From Cyanobacteriota bacterium (lineage in GTDB: Bacteria > Cyanobacteriota > Vampirovibrionia > Gastranaerophilales > UBA9971), in NCBI GenBank assembly GCA_022703625.1, contig JAKLDH010000001.1:12157-76156 (forward strand): 64,000 nt of DNA, in the 5' to 3' direction. Numbering within the stretch: the first letter of the stretch is position 1; the number at the start of each line of letters is the position of its first letter. Of the stretch, positions 1 to 9,448 are shown piece after piece. The position numbers and the translations under genes were made by a program. Under the pieces are notes generated by a model. That model searched no databases. It was not told the origin of the DNA and worked only from the letters and a program-made list of their open reading frames with translations.

Positions 1-15
1 ATTATCTCAATATCA

Positions 16-753
16 TCAGGAGAGAACGTGTTTAGCCCCTTTATTATTTTCAAAACTCTGTCTTGATTCATTTTTGAAGATCTCCTTTATTATGTTTTCG
101 TCTAATATTTTGATATTGTTAGTAGCTGCAACCGCTTCTATTTTAGTAATAAGCCTGACAATCTGCCTAAACCTGTTTGCCTGTGCGTGGATTAAATTAA
201 TTGCGGATTCTGTTATTTCCACTTCGCAAAGCTGGGTGATTATTTCCCTGACATCATTTATTGAAAATGCTTTAAACTGAACGATATCAGATAATCTGTC
301 ATAAAGATGTCTATATCTTTGTAATTTTTTCTGTGCAAGTGTCATTCCGACAAAAATAATCGGGACATTCGTCTTGTCGTGAATGTCCCGAATTGTTTCT
401 ATTGTTTTTTGATCGCTTGCAAGATAGTCTATCTCATCTATTATTATCATCTGAGGCTTTTCAGTTAATTTATTCACGCATTGTTTAAATAAATCAGAAG
501 TCCAGTAACGAGGTATTTCATCAAGTTCTTCTGTAAGCTCTTCAAGAAACCATCTGCCGGTCATAAGGTTTGTACTTCGGATATAAATCGCATCATTTTG
601 TGCAGCAAGCCAGAGAGCTGTTCTTGATTTTCCAAGTCCCGGCTCTCCATAAACCAGAGCCATCTTTGAAACACCGTCAGGTTTATTCTGGAGATTATTT
701 ATCAAGGTTATAAAATTTTTCACATTTTGCGTTTTAACAAAAACTTTCCGCAT
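16..753 (-). CDS. MuB-like AAA+ ATPase (transposition helper / target-DNA activator)
   Basis: 245-aa ORF with Walker A 'GEPGLGKS' and Walker B 'MIIIDEID'. It starts 2 nt after the transposase stop. Size and N-terminal 'FVKTQNVKNF' region resemble B proteins of Mu-like prophages. Confidence 0.7.
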   Translation of the reverse strand: MRKVFVKTQNVKNFITLINNLQNKPDGVSKMALVYGEPGLGKSRTALWLAAQNDAIYIRSTNLMTGRWFLEELTEELDEIPRYWTSDLFKQCVNKLTEKPQMIIIDEIDYLASDQKTIETIRDIHDKTNVPIIFVGMTLAQKKLQRYRHLYDRLSDIVQFKAFSINDVREIITQLCEVEITESAINLIHAQANRFRQIVRLITKIEAVAATNNIKILDENIIKEIFKNESRQSFENNKGAKHVLS

Positions 754-755
754 TT

Positions 756-2810
756 TTATTCCTCATAAATTTGTTTATATTCATCACTGTTTTTATATTC
801 AGCAAGCCACTTACGCTCTTCCAAGGAGGTGCACCCGTTTCTCATCAGCCATTCATAGCGTTCATAATTGTTTAAAAATACAGGTCGCAGTTTATCAGGA
901 ACAGCGATTGGTTCTTTTTTTATCTCGTGAACAGGAATTTCCTCTGCGGGAATATTTTCTTCCATCATTTGAGTTTCTAAAAATTTAATATCTTCTTTCG
1001 GGAGATAATTTTTAATTGCCCGCAGGGTTCTGTTTCTTAATTTTTGAGGCTTTTTGATTTTTTGGATAAAATCTTCTCTGTCTTTAACATCGCCAAGATG
1101 ATAAGCCATCGGGTGCGTGCCTATAACTCTTTTTGCCGTGCATAAATACTCGCCTTTGGTTGAATAGACCTTGATTCTAGACAAATCAAACAGACTGTAT
1201 CTAATCATTACCCTGTCTTTTAATCCATATAATGCATCATTGTTATAATCGGTATTTAAAAACCTGATACCATTGCGGTTTATTGTTTTTACTTCATGCG
1301 CCATCATCAGCTCATCAAGTTTGTTTATGTCTATGTTTTGTTTATCTCTGGAATCAAAAACTTCTTTTATACTTCTGGTTCGATCATTCGGGCAAGGCTG
1401 TGAATGCCTGTAGCTTAACCATGCATTAATGAATCCGATTGTTTCTTCTATTGTTGGAATATATCCTTGATTTATTTTGTCATAAAGTTCTTTGTGCAAC
1501 TTTTCATTGCGTTTCATGTGAGCTGGCTTATTAGAGATATTACTGCCAGTGTATGTTGGCAACAATTTTTCAAATTCTTCCTGGAATTCCCTGAAAAATC
1601 TTTCTATAACTTTTGCTCTGGCATTATATGGCTTTGCGTAAACCGGTTTTATTCCAAGATTAGAATAAATTCCGTTAAATCCTAACTCATTAAAGTCATC
1701 ACATTTTGAAAAGTATTTGGCTTTAAAGGCTTTACCGTTATCCTGATAAACAATTCTTGGAATCATATCTAAAGTTATTATTGCCATACGCAGGGCAGAA
1801 GCAATGCACTGGGTATTCTCTTCAAGCATTATTTCATATCCGACTAAATAACCGGACTTCCAGTCAAGAAATCCGACTAAAACAGCCCTTACAGGTCTTC
1901 CTGTAAACGGGTTAATTACAAGGAAGTTTAATTTATGTCCGTCTGCTACAAGAACATCTCCGACTTCTATTTTTGAAATATCTCTTGATAGGTAAGGTTC
2001 TACCTTATCCCGAAGGGCTTTTTCGCCTTCTCTCATTAAAATCCACTTATCATAATTATTTCTTCTGAAGTACTCAGCATATCTTCTAAATGTTACAGGC
2101 TGAGGAATATTTTCATATCCACGTTTTTCCAGAATATGAGTTGTCAGCTTTATTGCTTTGCCTATGCTGAATTGGTTTGGATGCAGAAGAAGTTTTAAAA
2201 ATATTCCGATTTCTTCTTCAGACAGGATTGTGCGATATTCGTTAAAACTTGAATATTTGTATTGCGGGACAAGAATTTCCCAGCTTTCATGTTCAGAGTA
2301 ACTTTTATACCAGCGTTGCAAACTGCCACGGGATGTTTTTCCGATTATGGCAAAAATGTTTTTGAGATATTCACCTGAATTATACAGATCAAGAAATATC
2401 TTGTCCCCTTTATGCTTCGGAGATTGTTTATCCCTGAACTTTTGCCATTCTAAAATTAAATCAACACGAGCCAGAGCAATTGTTTTTGCGGTTTCAGGAA
2501 TAAAACCTGATTCTGTTTCAACAGGTTTTTCAACTGGGAGCATAATTTCATGATCGACTGCTTCAATAATTTCCCTGTAGTATGTGTTTTTGTAAATCTC
2601 CTGTGTTTTTTCATCAAGCGAAGAAAGGAGTATCTCATAACTTTTTCCTCCCTGACCTGTGGTTTCTCGATAAACGTATTTACCTTTAGGAAAAGCAAGT
2701 CTTATGGCTCTTGATGTTATTCCTTTTATTTCTGCAACTGTTTTGATGTCGACCCAGATTGCGGGAGTGATGCTTGCGAACTCATTCTTATCGTTATTAT
2801 TCATTATCAT
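756..2810 (-). CDS. Mu-type DDE transposase (MuA-like)
   Basis: ORF is open to 2885; likely start is the ATG at 2810 (MIMNNNDK...). N-terminal HTH-like 'IKTVAEIKGITSRAIR'. Catalytic-core pattern 'VADGHKLNFLV' ... 'YQDNGKAFKAKYF' ... 'AKVIERFFREFQ' (D, D, E), i.e. the DGH type of transposable phages rather than the DHT type of TnsB/TniA. Confidence 0.8.
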   Translation of the reverse strand: MIMNNNDKNEFASITPAIWVDIKTVAEIKGITSRAIRLAFPKGKYVYRETTGQGGKSYEILLSSLDEKTQEIYKNTYYREIIEAVDHEIMLPVEKPVETESGFIPETAKTIALARVDLILEWQKFRDKQSPKHKGDKIFLDLYNSGEYLKNIFAIIGKTSRGSLQRWYKSYSEHESWEILVPQYKYSSFNEYRTILSEEEIGIFLKLLLHPNQFSIGKAIKLTTHILEKRGYENIPQPVTFRRYAEYFRRNNYDKWILMREGEKALRDKVEPYLSRDISKIEVGDVLVADGHKLNFLVINPFTGRPVRAVLVGFLDWKSGYLVGYEIMLEENTQCIASALRMAIITLDMIPRIVYQDNGKAFKAKYFSKCDDFNELGFNGIYSNLGIKPVYAKPYNARAKVIERFFREFQEEFEKLLPTYTGSNISNKPAHMKRNEKLHKELYDKINQGYIPTIEETIGFINAWLSYRHSQPCPNDRTRSIKEVFDSRDKQNIDINKLDELMMAHEVKTINRNGIRFLNTDYNNDALYGLKDRVMIRYSLFDLSRIKVYSTKGEYLCTAKRVIGTHPMAYHLGDVKDREDFIQKIKKPQKLRNRTLRAIKNYLPKEDIKFLETQMMEENIPAEEIPVHEIKKEPIAVPDKLRPVFLNNYERYEWLMRNGCTSLEERKWLAEYKNSDEYKQIYEE

Positions 2811-3008
2811 TGCCTTTACAGATTTAATAACTCCGTATAAGCATATTAACTCTGTCTGCACATAAATGAAGTCATTTTCCTGCAAATGTGTCTGTTTTGA
2901 ATCATTACTAAACTTAAAATCAAATTTAACTATGAATTTTAGGGAATAAGTTTATCTCAATATGAATGATAACAGCTAATTCTCTTCCGGCTTCTTCCTT
3001 CTTCCCTT

Positions 3009-3528
3009 GTTTTTCTTCCTGCTTCGATGGTTTTTAGCAATAATTTCACGCCGACACAGAGAAAAAAATATAATTGCCTTAATATTAAAGTACAGTGTGT
3101 GTTTTCAGGATTAACAAAAATGTATTTTTGCTGCACGTAAAAAGTTTATGCATGGCAAAAACATATAACTGCAAATCTTGAATATATGTACACCATGCAG
3201 GTTTTAGGCTGTTTAATAATATTTTTCTCACTGCACCATAGGGCAAATCTTTAAATTTGCGGAGTTTTTCGGTAATTTTCTTGTTTTGAAGGTGCGGTTT
3301 TCTCTGTTTTCATCAGAAAAAGCGGTAGAAACAAGCCGTTTTCTTCCTGCCTTATACGCTTATTTCATAGGTATTGTAGACAGTTTAAAAAATTAAGCTC
3401 GGTAAAATTGCAAAAATAACGGTATAAAAACAGTAATAAAAGTAATTTTTGGAAGTTTTTGGAAAACCGTCTCAGACCTCAACCTGTGCCTGAAAGCCTT
3501 ACTGCATGCGGTTTTTGTTTTTACTTCC
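3009..3528 (-). repeat. Candidate transposase-binding repeats in the non-coding leader
   Basis: Minus-strand GGAAGTAAAAAC (3528-3517), GGAAGAAAACG (3347-3337) and GGAAGAAAAAC (3019-3009). Also ATGAAAA...AAAACCGCA twice (near 3500-3540 and 3290-3315). Function inferred only. Confidence 0.25.
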
Positions 3529-3604
3529 GCCTTTTCATTTACCGAATAAATATATACGCTCCAAATGGATACAGGCTTTGTTTCTTATGTCTATAAAAAC
3601 AAAA

Positions 3605-3677
3605 TGGAGGTGAGGAGACTCGAACTCCTGACATCTTACGTGCAAGGCAAGCGCTCTACCAACTGAGCTACACCCCC
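3605..3677 (-). tRNA. tRNA-Ala (anticodon UGC)
   Basis: Hand-folded 73-nt cloverleaf: GGGGGTG acceptor with the G3:U70 Ala identity pair, anticodon loop CTTGCAC, T-loop TTCGAGT. CCA is not encoded. Confidence 0.93.
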
Positions 3678-3721
3678 ATGTTCAGGTTTATATTGGGTTT
3701 TTCTTGTATTCAAGGTTTATT

Positions 3722-3795
<74 letters not shown>

Positions 3796-3957
3796 TCTTT
3801 GTCTGAAGGTGAATACATTTCTATTAGAATATTCACTCTTTATTTCCAGTCTTTATATTTTTAACATGGAAAAATTTATCTTACAAGTCTTAAGGCTATT
3901 GAAATTTTATAAATTGCGTTTTCGCTTCTTATATCTAATGCTTGAATCAATTATATA

Positions 3958-4287
3958 TTAGTCGGAAAGTAGCGTTTCCAGCTCATTATCATCGCCTAAT
4001 GCCTTTTTCTGAATGTTATGCATAATTGTGTCAACCAAATGATTAAACGATCTTAAATTTTGAATTTTTGGCGAAAATTCTCGTATTAATGATTGCTCAA
4101 TTAATTTCCTTAAACTTTCAACAGGATTTGACTCAATTTCGCTTTTTTTATCGCCGGTAGGACAAATTAAATCAATATAATCTGATGTTAATTTTAAATC
4201 CTGCATTTCAGTAAACAAAAACCATTTGAGTTTTGGTCCTATTCTTTTAAGTTCGTTAGTAAATTTATGATTCTTTTTTTCTGTCAT
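3958..4287 (-). CDS. hypothetical protein (109 aa)
   Basis: Isolated ORF with a clean intergenic context. No motif I recognise. Confidence 0.5.
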   Translation of the reverse strand: MTEKKNHKFTNELKRIGPKLKWFLFTEMQDLKLTSDYIDLICPTGDKKSEIESNPVESLRKLIEQSLIREFSPKIQNLRSFNHLVDTIMHNIQKKALGDDNELETLLSD

Positions 4288-4463
4288 CGTTTCACGCTCA
4301 CAACCTTTATTAGTATTTAGTTACTTCCCAAATTTTGTATTTTCTACATAATTTAAAACTAGAGAAAAAAAAAATTTGCTTTTTAAAAAAATTATTTACA
4401 AAACTTAGCTCTTTAAATAAATATTATAATGAATAAATTAGTATTTAGCCATTAAGTAACGAT

Positions 4464-4808
4464 TTATTTATTTAAAGATTCTTTTAGCGCTGTTTCGAGG
4501 GTTTGTATTTTTGATTCCAGAGCTTTAACTTTATCCTGGCTTTCTTCAGATTCAATTGAGGATTTTTCTGTTTTTCTTCTGACTTTTTTAAGTTCGTCTT
4601 TTAAAGAAATTATTTTTGCGCCGCTTAATAAAATCCCGCCAATTAAACCGTATATGCCCATAAATAAATAAAGCATGCCGGATTGTATTTGAACATCGCC
4701 GATCAGGGGTTTGTAGTTTATTATAAGAGTATAGCCCTGATTTAGGTAAGAAAAATAGCCGATATCAAGAACAATTAAAATTCCGAGAATAAGAAAAAAA
4801 TATTTCAT
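4464..4808 (-). CDS. small membrane protein, LapA/DUF1049-like (two TM helices plus C-terminal coiled coil)
   Basis: Hydrophobic segments 'FFLILGILIVLDIGYF' and 'LYLFMGIYGLIGGILLSGA' followed by a charged coiled-coil tail. Confidence 0.45.
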   Translation of the reverse strand: MKYFFLILGILIVLDIGYFSYLNQGYTLIINYKPLIGDVQIQSGMLYLFMGIYGLIGGILLSGAKIISLKDELKKVRRKTEKSSIESEESQDKVKALESKIQTLETALKESLNK

Positions 4809-5016
4809 GCTTTTATTTCCTTTATGCTAAAATCCGAAATTCCTTTTAGGAACGGTATAGAAGATTTATGTTTTTTGGGATAATTTATAACTTAATATAC
4901 TATAATTATTTTATAGAATAATTTTATATTTATCAAATAATGTTTACATATACAATTTTAAACATGCCGATAAAAAAATGACCTGGATTTACATTATCTA
5001 AAAGGGATCAGAAAAC

Positions 5017-6078
5017 ATGCCAAATTTTTTAATATATACAATTATTTTCATTTTTTTAACAGGCGTTATTTCATTTTTAATATACTTTTTTAATAAAAAG
5101 AGAAGGTATGAAATAGAATATAATAAAGGGATTGAGGCATATCAGGCAGAAAACTTTGATGAAGCTATAAGTTTTTTTAATAAAGCCACGATAATTAACC
5201 CTGAAAAACCGGATGGGTTCTATAATTTAGGACTGGTTTACATGGCGATTGAAAAAAACGCTTTGTCGGAAAAAAACTTTATGAAAGCAATACAATTGGG
5301 ACCCAACGACCCTGATTCCTATTATAATCTTGCGTTGCTTTATTTAAACATGGAAAATTTTGATTCGGCATTAAAACAATTGTCAAAAGTTTTAACTCTT
5401 AATCCTGAAGAGTCAGAATCCCTTTATTTAAGCGGGCTTATTTTAAAAGAACAGGATAAATTTGATGATGCGTTGGAATTTTTAAAAAAAGCCGTTAAAG
5501 TTTCTCCTAAAAATACGGATTATATTTTTGCGCTTGGCGAAACTTATGACAAAAGAGGGGTCATTGAACAGAATATTAAAGACCTGGATAAAGCCGTTGT
5601 TTTTTACAAAAAAGTTATTGAAACGGATGAAAATAATGAGAACGCCAATTATGCCCTTGCAATTTGTTCCGCTAAAAAGGGATTATGGGAAGATTGCGTT
5701 AAATATTGCAAAAGAGTTCTGGAAATAAATGATAAATCAGCGAGAGCATATAATCAAATGGGTCTTTCGATGTACTGCAACAGCGATTACGACGCTGCAA
5801 TTTCCATGTATCAAAAAGCCGTTGAAGTTAATCCTGAATTTTTTGAAACTTACAATAATTACGGATTTGTTTTGGAAAAGCAGGGGGATTTTGAAAAAGC
5901 GGTTGAAATGTTTAAAAAATATGTTAATTTGCTCGATACGCTGGAAGCAGACAAAAAAACTTTTAAAACCCGCCTTAGAGAGCTTAATGAGCATGAAGAA
6001 AGCGTAAAATTAAAGAGAAAAGTTATAAAAGACCATATAAAACAGCTTGAAGACAGCATAAAGCTGAAAAATCAATAA
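5017..6078 (+). CDS. membrane-anchored TPR-repeat protein
   Basis: N-terminal TM helix, then repeated A..Y/F..A..P TPR-like 34-aa units. Confidence 0.75.
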   Translation: MPNFLIYTIIFIFLTGVISFLIYFFNKKRRYEIEYNKGIEAYQAENFDEAISFFNKATIINPEKPDGFYNLGLVYMAIEKNALSEKNFMKAIQLGPNDPDSYYNLALLYLNMENFDSALKQLSKVLTLNPEESESLYLSGLILKEQDKFDDALEFLKKAVKVSPKNTDYIFALGETYDKRGVIEQNIKDLDKAVVFYKKVIETDENNENANYALAICSAKKGLWEDCVKYCKRVLEINDKSARAYNQMGLSMYCNSDYDAAISMYQKAVEVNPEFFETYNNYGFVLEKQGDFEKAVEMFKKYVNLLDTLEADKKTFKTRLRELNEHEESVKLKRKVIKDHIKQLEDSIKLKNQ

Positions 6079-6084
6079 TCAGCC

Positions 6085-7473
6085 ATGGAAAACAAATCGG
6101 AAAAAATAAAAAGAAAAATTATAAATTTTCTGGAAAAATATAAGCTTTTATGGAGCGAAAACTTTTTGCTCGTCGGATTTTCAGGCGGAGCGGATTCTTT
6201 GTGTTTGCTTGACAGCCTGCATAAAATCAGCGGCAATTATGCTTTTAAAGTTGCGGCGGCTCATTTAAACCACAACTGGAGAGGCGAAGACTCTTTGCGG
6301 GAAGCTAAAAAGGCGGAACTATACTGTAAAAAGGCAGGAATTGAATTTTTTACAGAAACTCTTTCCTCAGAATTACCGCAAACAGAAGATGAAGCCAGAA
6401 AACAGCGTTATATTTTTTTCAACAAAACTGCGAAAAAAATATCCGCAATCTCGATTTTAACTGGACATACCAGAACAGATAATGCTGAAACCGTTTTATA
6501 CAGAATAATTAAAGGAACAGGTTTGATTGGACTTAAGGGAATACCTGAAATCAGAAAGCAGGAAAACGGAATTTCAATATACAGACCGCTTCTTAATGAT
6601 ATTTTAAGAAAGGATTGCATTGATTATTGTAATGAAAACTTTTTATCTCCAAGCTTTGACGCAAGCAATTTAAATGAAAAATACTTGAGAAACAGGATAA
6701 GACACAGCCTGTTGCCGGAATTAAGAACTTATAATAAGGCTGTAGACGATTCTATATTAAGATTATCTTCTATAGCAAAGGAATCAGAAGAAATTATAGC
6801 AGAATATATTGATTTTAAGAGTAAGAATCTTTTTTTAGAGGAGAATATAATAAGCGCAGAGAACTTTTTAAAATTATCAGAACCTCTAAAAAGACGTATG
6901 CTCTTAAATTTTTTACATAAAAATGAAATTGAACATACATTTGAACGAATTGAGGATTTATATAATTTTATAAACGAAAATACAGCGTCAAAATCAGGCA
7001 AAACCTTTTCTCTGGGGGAAAATTCCTGGTTTTTTGTATCCTCGAAGGAATTAAAAATAATTGATCATACAAAAGGGAAGAAGACCGCTGTAACTGTTCC
7101 TGTAAGCTTTGAAAAAAAGATTTTCCATCCTGATTTAAAAGTAAGTATAAAAATAGAAAAATGGACTGAAGGCATGCCGCAAAAATTTCCTCCCGATGTT
7201 TCATATACTGTTTATGCGGATTTAAGCCGAATTAAAGGGGATTTGTTTTTTAGAACGAGAAGAGAAGGCGATATTATACAGCCTTTTGGAATGCGGGAGA
7301 AGACAAAATTAAAAAAATATCTTATCAATCGAGGAATACCGGAATATACAAGAGATGAACTTCCTTTACTTGCAACTGAAAAAGAGATTTTATGGGTTGC
7401 AGGAGTTGGAATCAGCGAATTGTTAAGAGTAAACAAAAAACCTTCGCATATAATTAAACTATGCTTTACCTAA
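6085..7473 (+). CDS. tilS: tRNA(Ile)-lysidine synthase
   Basis: PP-loop 'GFSGGADSLCLL', typical length (462 aa) and C-terminal TilS substrate domain pattern. Confidence 0.9.
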   Translation: MENKSEKIKRKIINFLEKYKLLWSENFLLVGFSGGADSLCLLDSLHKISGNYAFKVAAAHLNHNWRGEDSLREAKKAELYCKKAGIEFFTETLSSELPQTEDEARKQRYIFFNKTAKKISAISILTGHTRTDNAETVLYRIIKGTGLIGLKGIPEIRKQENGISIYRPLLNDILRKDCIDYCNENFLSPSFDASNLNEKYLRNRIRHSLLPELRTYNKAVDDSILRLSSIAKESEEIIAEYIDFKSKNLFLEENIISAENFLKLSEPLKRRMLLNFLHKNEIEHTFERIEDLYNFINENTASKSGKTFSLGENSWFFVSSKELKIIDHTKGKKTAVTVPVSFEKKIFHPDLKVSIKIEKWTEGMPQKFPPDVSYTVYADLSRIKGDLFFRTRREGDIIQPFGMREKTKLKKYLINRGIPEYTRDELPLLATEKEILWVAGVGISELLRVNKKPSHIIKLCFT

Positions 7474-7581
7474 GGAGGTAACAAAAAACAATCAAAATAT
7501 AAAAAGGCGGTTTTTAAGCAGTATAAAAAAACTTGTTTTGAAATCAGCATACTTTTTGCCGCTGTCAAATTTTTAATTTTA

Positions 7582-7609
7582 TTGACAAAAGTTTTATATT
7601 AAATAGAAT
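7582..7609 (+). promoter_or_regulatory. sigma70-like promoter for the yceD-rpmF-plsX-fab operon
   Basis: TTGACA (7582-7587), 16-nt spacer, TAGAAT (7604-7609), about 35 nt upstream of the yceD ORF. Confidence 0.4.
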
Positions 7610-7642
7610 AAAATCAAAGATATAAAGAAAATATAAAGATTT

Positions 7643-8206
7643 TTGAATTTTTATAATTCGGGGTGTAAGAATAAATTGAAAATTAATATAGAAGATATCA
7701 AAAAAACGTCTGATAGATGTCTGATTATAAACTTTTTTGATTATATTGCGGAACTAAACCTGAAAGACAGAGTTTTAGCCAATCTTACCGTTCAGGCAAC
7801 TGATTATGACATTAATATAAGCGGAAATATAAAAGCCGGTCTTGTTTTAGAGTGTGATAGATGCCTGGAACCTTATATTTACAATATGGATATAGAAATA
7901 AACGAGCAATTTATAAACGAAAAGATCGTTTCTGGCAATAAAAAAGAGCATGAGCTTACAGAAGGCGAGTTTGTGGAGGAATTAGGCGACAGCAAAGAGC
8001 TTGATATCAAGGATTTGATTTATCAGTCAATTATTCTTGAACTTCCAAATAAAAATCTTTGCAATCCAAATTGCCTTGGCATAAAAGAGTTTCAAGGAAT
8101 AAACGTTAACAGTTCAGAAGAAAATATTGATGAAAGACTTGAAGTATTTAAGCGTTTTTCGGAAAATAGATTTGATGAAAAATTAGAAATAGGAAAACAG
8201 GTATAA
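7643..8206 (+). CDS. yceD: DUF177/YceD-family protein (23S rRNA accumulation protein)
   Basis: 'ECDRCLEPY' and 'CNPNC' metal-binding pattern and the conserved position just upstream of rpmF. Start codon is uncertain (alternative TTG near 7675). Confidence 0.8.
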   Translation: MNFYNSGCKNKLKINIEDIKKTSDRCLIINFFDYIAELNLKDRVLANLTVQATDYDINISGNIKAGLVLECDRCLEPYIYNMDIEINEQFINEKIVSGNKKEHELTEGEFVEELGDSKELDIKDLIYQSIILELPNKNLCNPNCLGIKEFQGINVNSSEENIDERLEVFKRFSENRFDEKLEIGKQV

Positions 8207-8210
8207 AAAA

Positions 8211-8387
8211 ATGGCAGTACCAAAGAAGAAAACAGGCAAATGCGCGCAGGCGCACAGAAGAGCTAAGTGGAAAGCAACAATTCCTACAGTAGTTCAATGT
8301 CCAAATTGCAAAGAAACAACACAACCTCATACAGTTTGCGCTTCTTGCGGATTTTATGGCGGCAAACAGGTAATAGACAAAGATTAG
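8211..8387 (+). CDS. rpmF: 50S ribosomal protein L32
   Basis: 58-aa ORF, below the ORF-track cut-off: MAVPKKKTGKCAQAHRRAKWKA...CPNC...CASCGFYGGKQV. Classic L32 N-terminus and zinc ribbon, in the canonical yceD-rpmF-plsX position. Confidence 0.9.
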   Translation: MAVPKKKTGKCAQAHRRAKWKATIPTVVQCPNCKETTQPHTVCASCGFYGGKQVIDKD

Positions 8388-8440
8388 TTTGTTTTAAAAC
8401 AATATAGTGAATATTAAGCATAAGGAAAATCAGGAATAAA

Positions 8441-9448
8441 ATGTCAGTCAAAGTTACCGTTGACGCAATGGGTGGAGATTATGCTCCTGAAGAAATAGTA
8501 AAGGGGGCAGTTCTTGCCGCCCGTGAATATAAAATACCTATTCAGCTCGTTGGAAAACTTGAAAAAATAAGAGCTGAGCTTGGTAAATATGACATTAAAG
8601 GACTAGAAATTGAGCTTGTAAGAGCTGATGAAGTCATAGAAATGGGAGAATCTCCAAGCAGCGCCTTAAGGAAGAAAAGAAATTCTTCAATAGTAATAGC
8701 AGTAGACCAGGTAGCTAAAGGGCATTCTCAGGCGCTTGTTGCGGCTGGCAGTACCGGAGCTGCAATGGCTGCAAGTTTATTTGGGCTTGGCAGACTGCCC
8801 GGAATTGATCGACCTGCAATTGGCGTGCTTTTGCCGACGATGGACAAACCTGTTTTAATGCTTGATGCTGGAGCTAACAGTGAATGTGAACCTGAAATGC
8901 TTCACCAATTTGCTATTATGGGAAGTTCCTTTTCTTCAGCAGTATTAGGAGTAGAGAATCCAAGAGTTGGAATTCTTAACATCGGCGGTGAATCAGGTAA
9001 AGGCAATATTCTTGCTCAAAAAACATATAAAATCCTTGAAGAAAAACAGGATCACCTAAACTTCATAGGCAACGTTGAAGGGCGGGAAATGTACATGGGC
9101 ATTTGTGATGTTGTTGTCTGCGACGGTTTCGTGGGAAATGTAACCTTAAAAGTTACTGAAGGCGTTGCTAAAATGGTTTTCGAGCTTTTTAAAAGTGAAA
9201 TTAATAAATCGCTTTTGGCAAAAATCGGCGCCTTTATTGCTAAACCGGCTCTTAAAGGCATGAAGAAAAGAACTGACGCCGATGAATACGGAGGAGCTCT
9301 TTTGCTTGGAATAAAAGGAACATGTGTTATTTCACACGGAAGCAGTAAAGCTTTTGCAATAAAAAATGCTATTCGACTAGCCAAAGAATCAGTCGAAAAA
9401 GATGTAAACGGAAAAATATCCAGATTATACGAGTTAAGTAAAGCATGA
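8441..9448 (+). CDS. plsX: phosphate acyltransferase PlsX
   Basis: 'VDAMGGDYAP' N-terminus and full-length PlsX-like sequence in the fab cluster context. Confidence 0.93.
   Translation: MSVKVTVDAMGGDYAPEEIVKGAVLAAREYKIPIQLVGKLEKIRAELGKYDIKGLEIELVRADEVIEMGESPSSALRKKRNSSIVIAVDQVAKGHSQALVAAGSTGAAMAASLFGLGRLPGIDRPAIGVLLPTMDKPVLMLDAGANSECEPEMLHQFAIMGSSFSSAVLGVENPRVGILNIGGESGKGNILAQKTYKILEEKQDHLNFIGNVEGREMYMGICDVVVCDGFVGNVTLKVTEGVAKMVFELFKSEINKSLLAKIGAFIAKPALKGMKKRTDADEYGGALLLGIKGTCVISHGSSKAFAIKNAIRLAKESVEKDVNGKISRLYELSKA

Larger units (their letters stand above)
1..3573 (-). mobile_element. Mu-like transposable element (prophage or transposon), early/left end; body continues beyond window start
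   Basis: Co-oriented Mu-type DDE transposase and MuB-like ATPase ORFs. A ~700 bp ORF-free leader carries GGAAG[T/A]AAAAC-type repeats. Candidate terminus is 5'-TGTAT on the minus strand at 3573 (Mu-family ends start 5'-TG). The outer boundary is a guess. Confidence 0.45.

Noticed and set aside
2-2963. 12-mer TTATCTCAATAT shared between 2-13 and 2952-2963 as a regulatory repeat of the Mu-like element
   Set aside because: A single 12-nt AT-rich match is within chance expectation for a 64-kb AT-rich window.
1-3677. CRISPR-associated Tn7-like transposon (CAST) homing next to a tRNA gene
   Set aside because: The geometry is tempting: tRNA, then an end, then a transposase and a small AAA+ ATPase. 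But the transposase core is the DGH (Mu/transposable-phage) type rather than the DHT type of TnsB. No tniQ, cas12k, tracrRNA-like or CRISPR sequence is visible in the window. It cannot be fully excluded because the element continues off the window.
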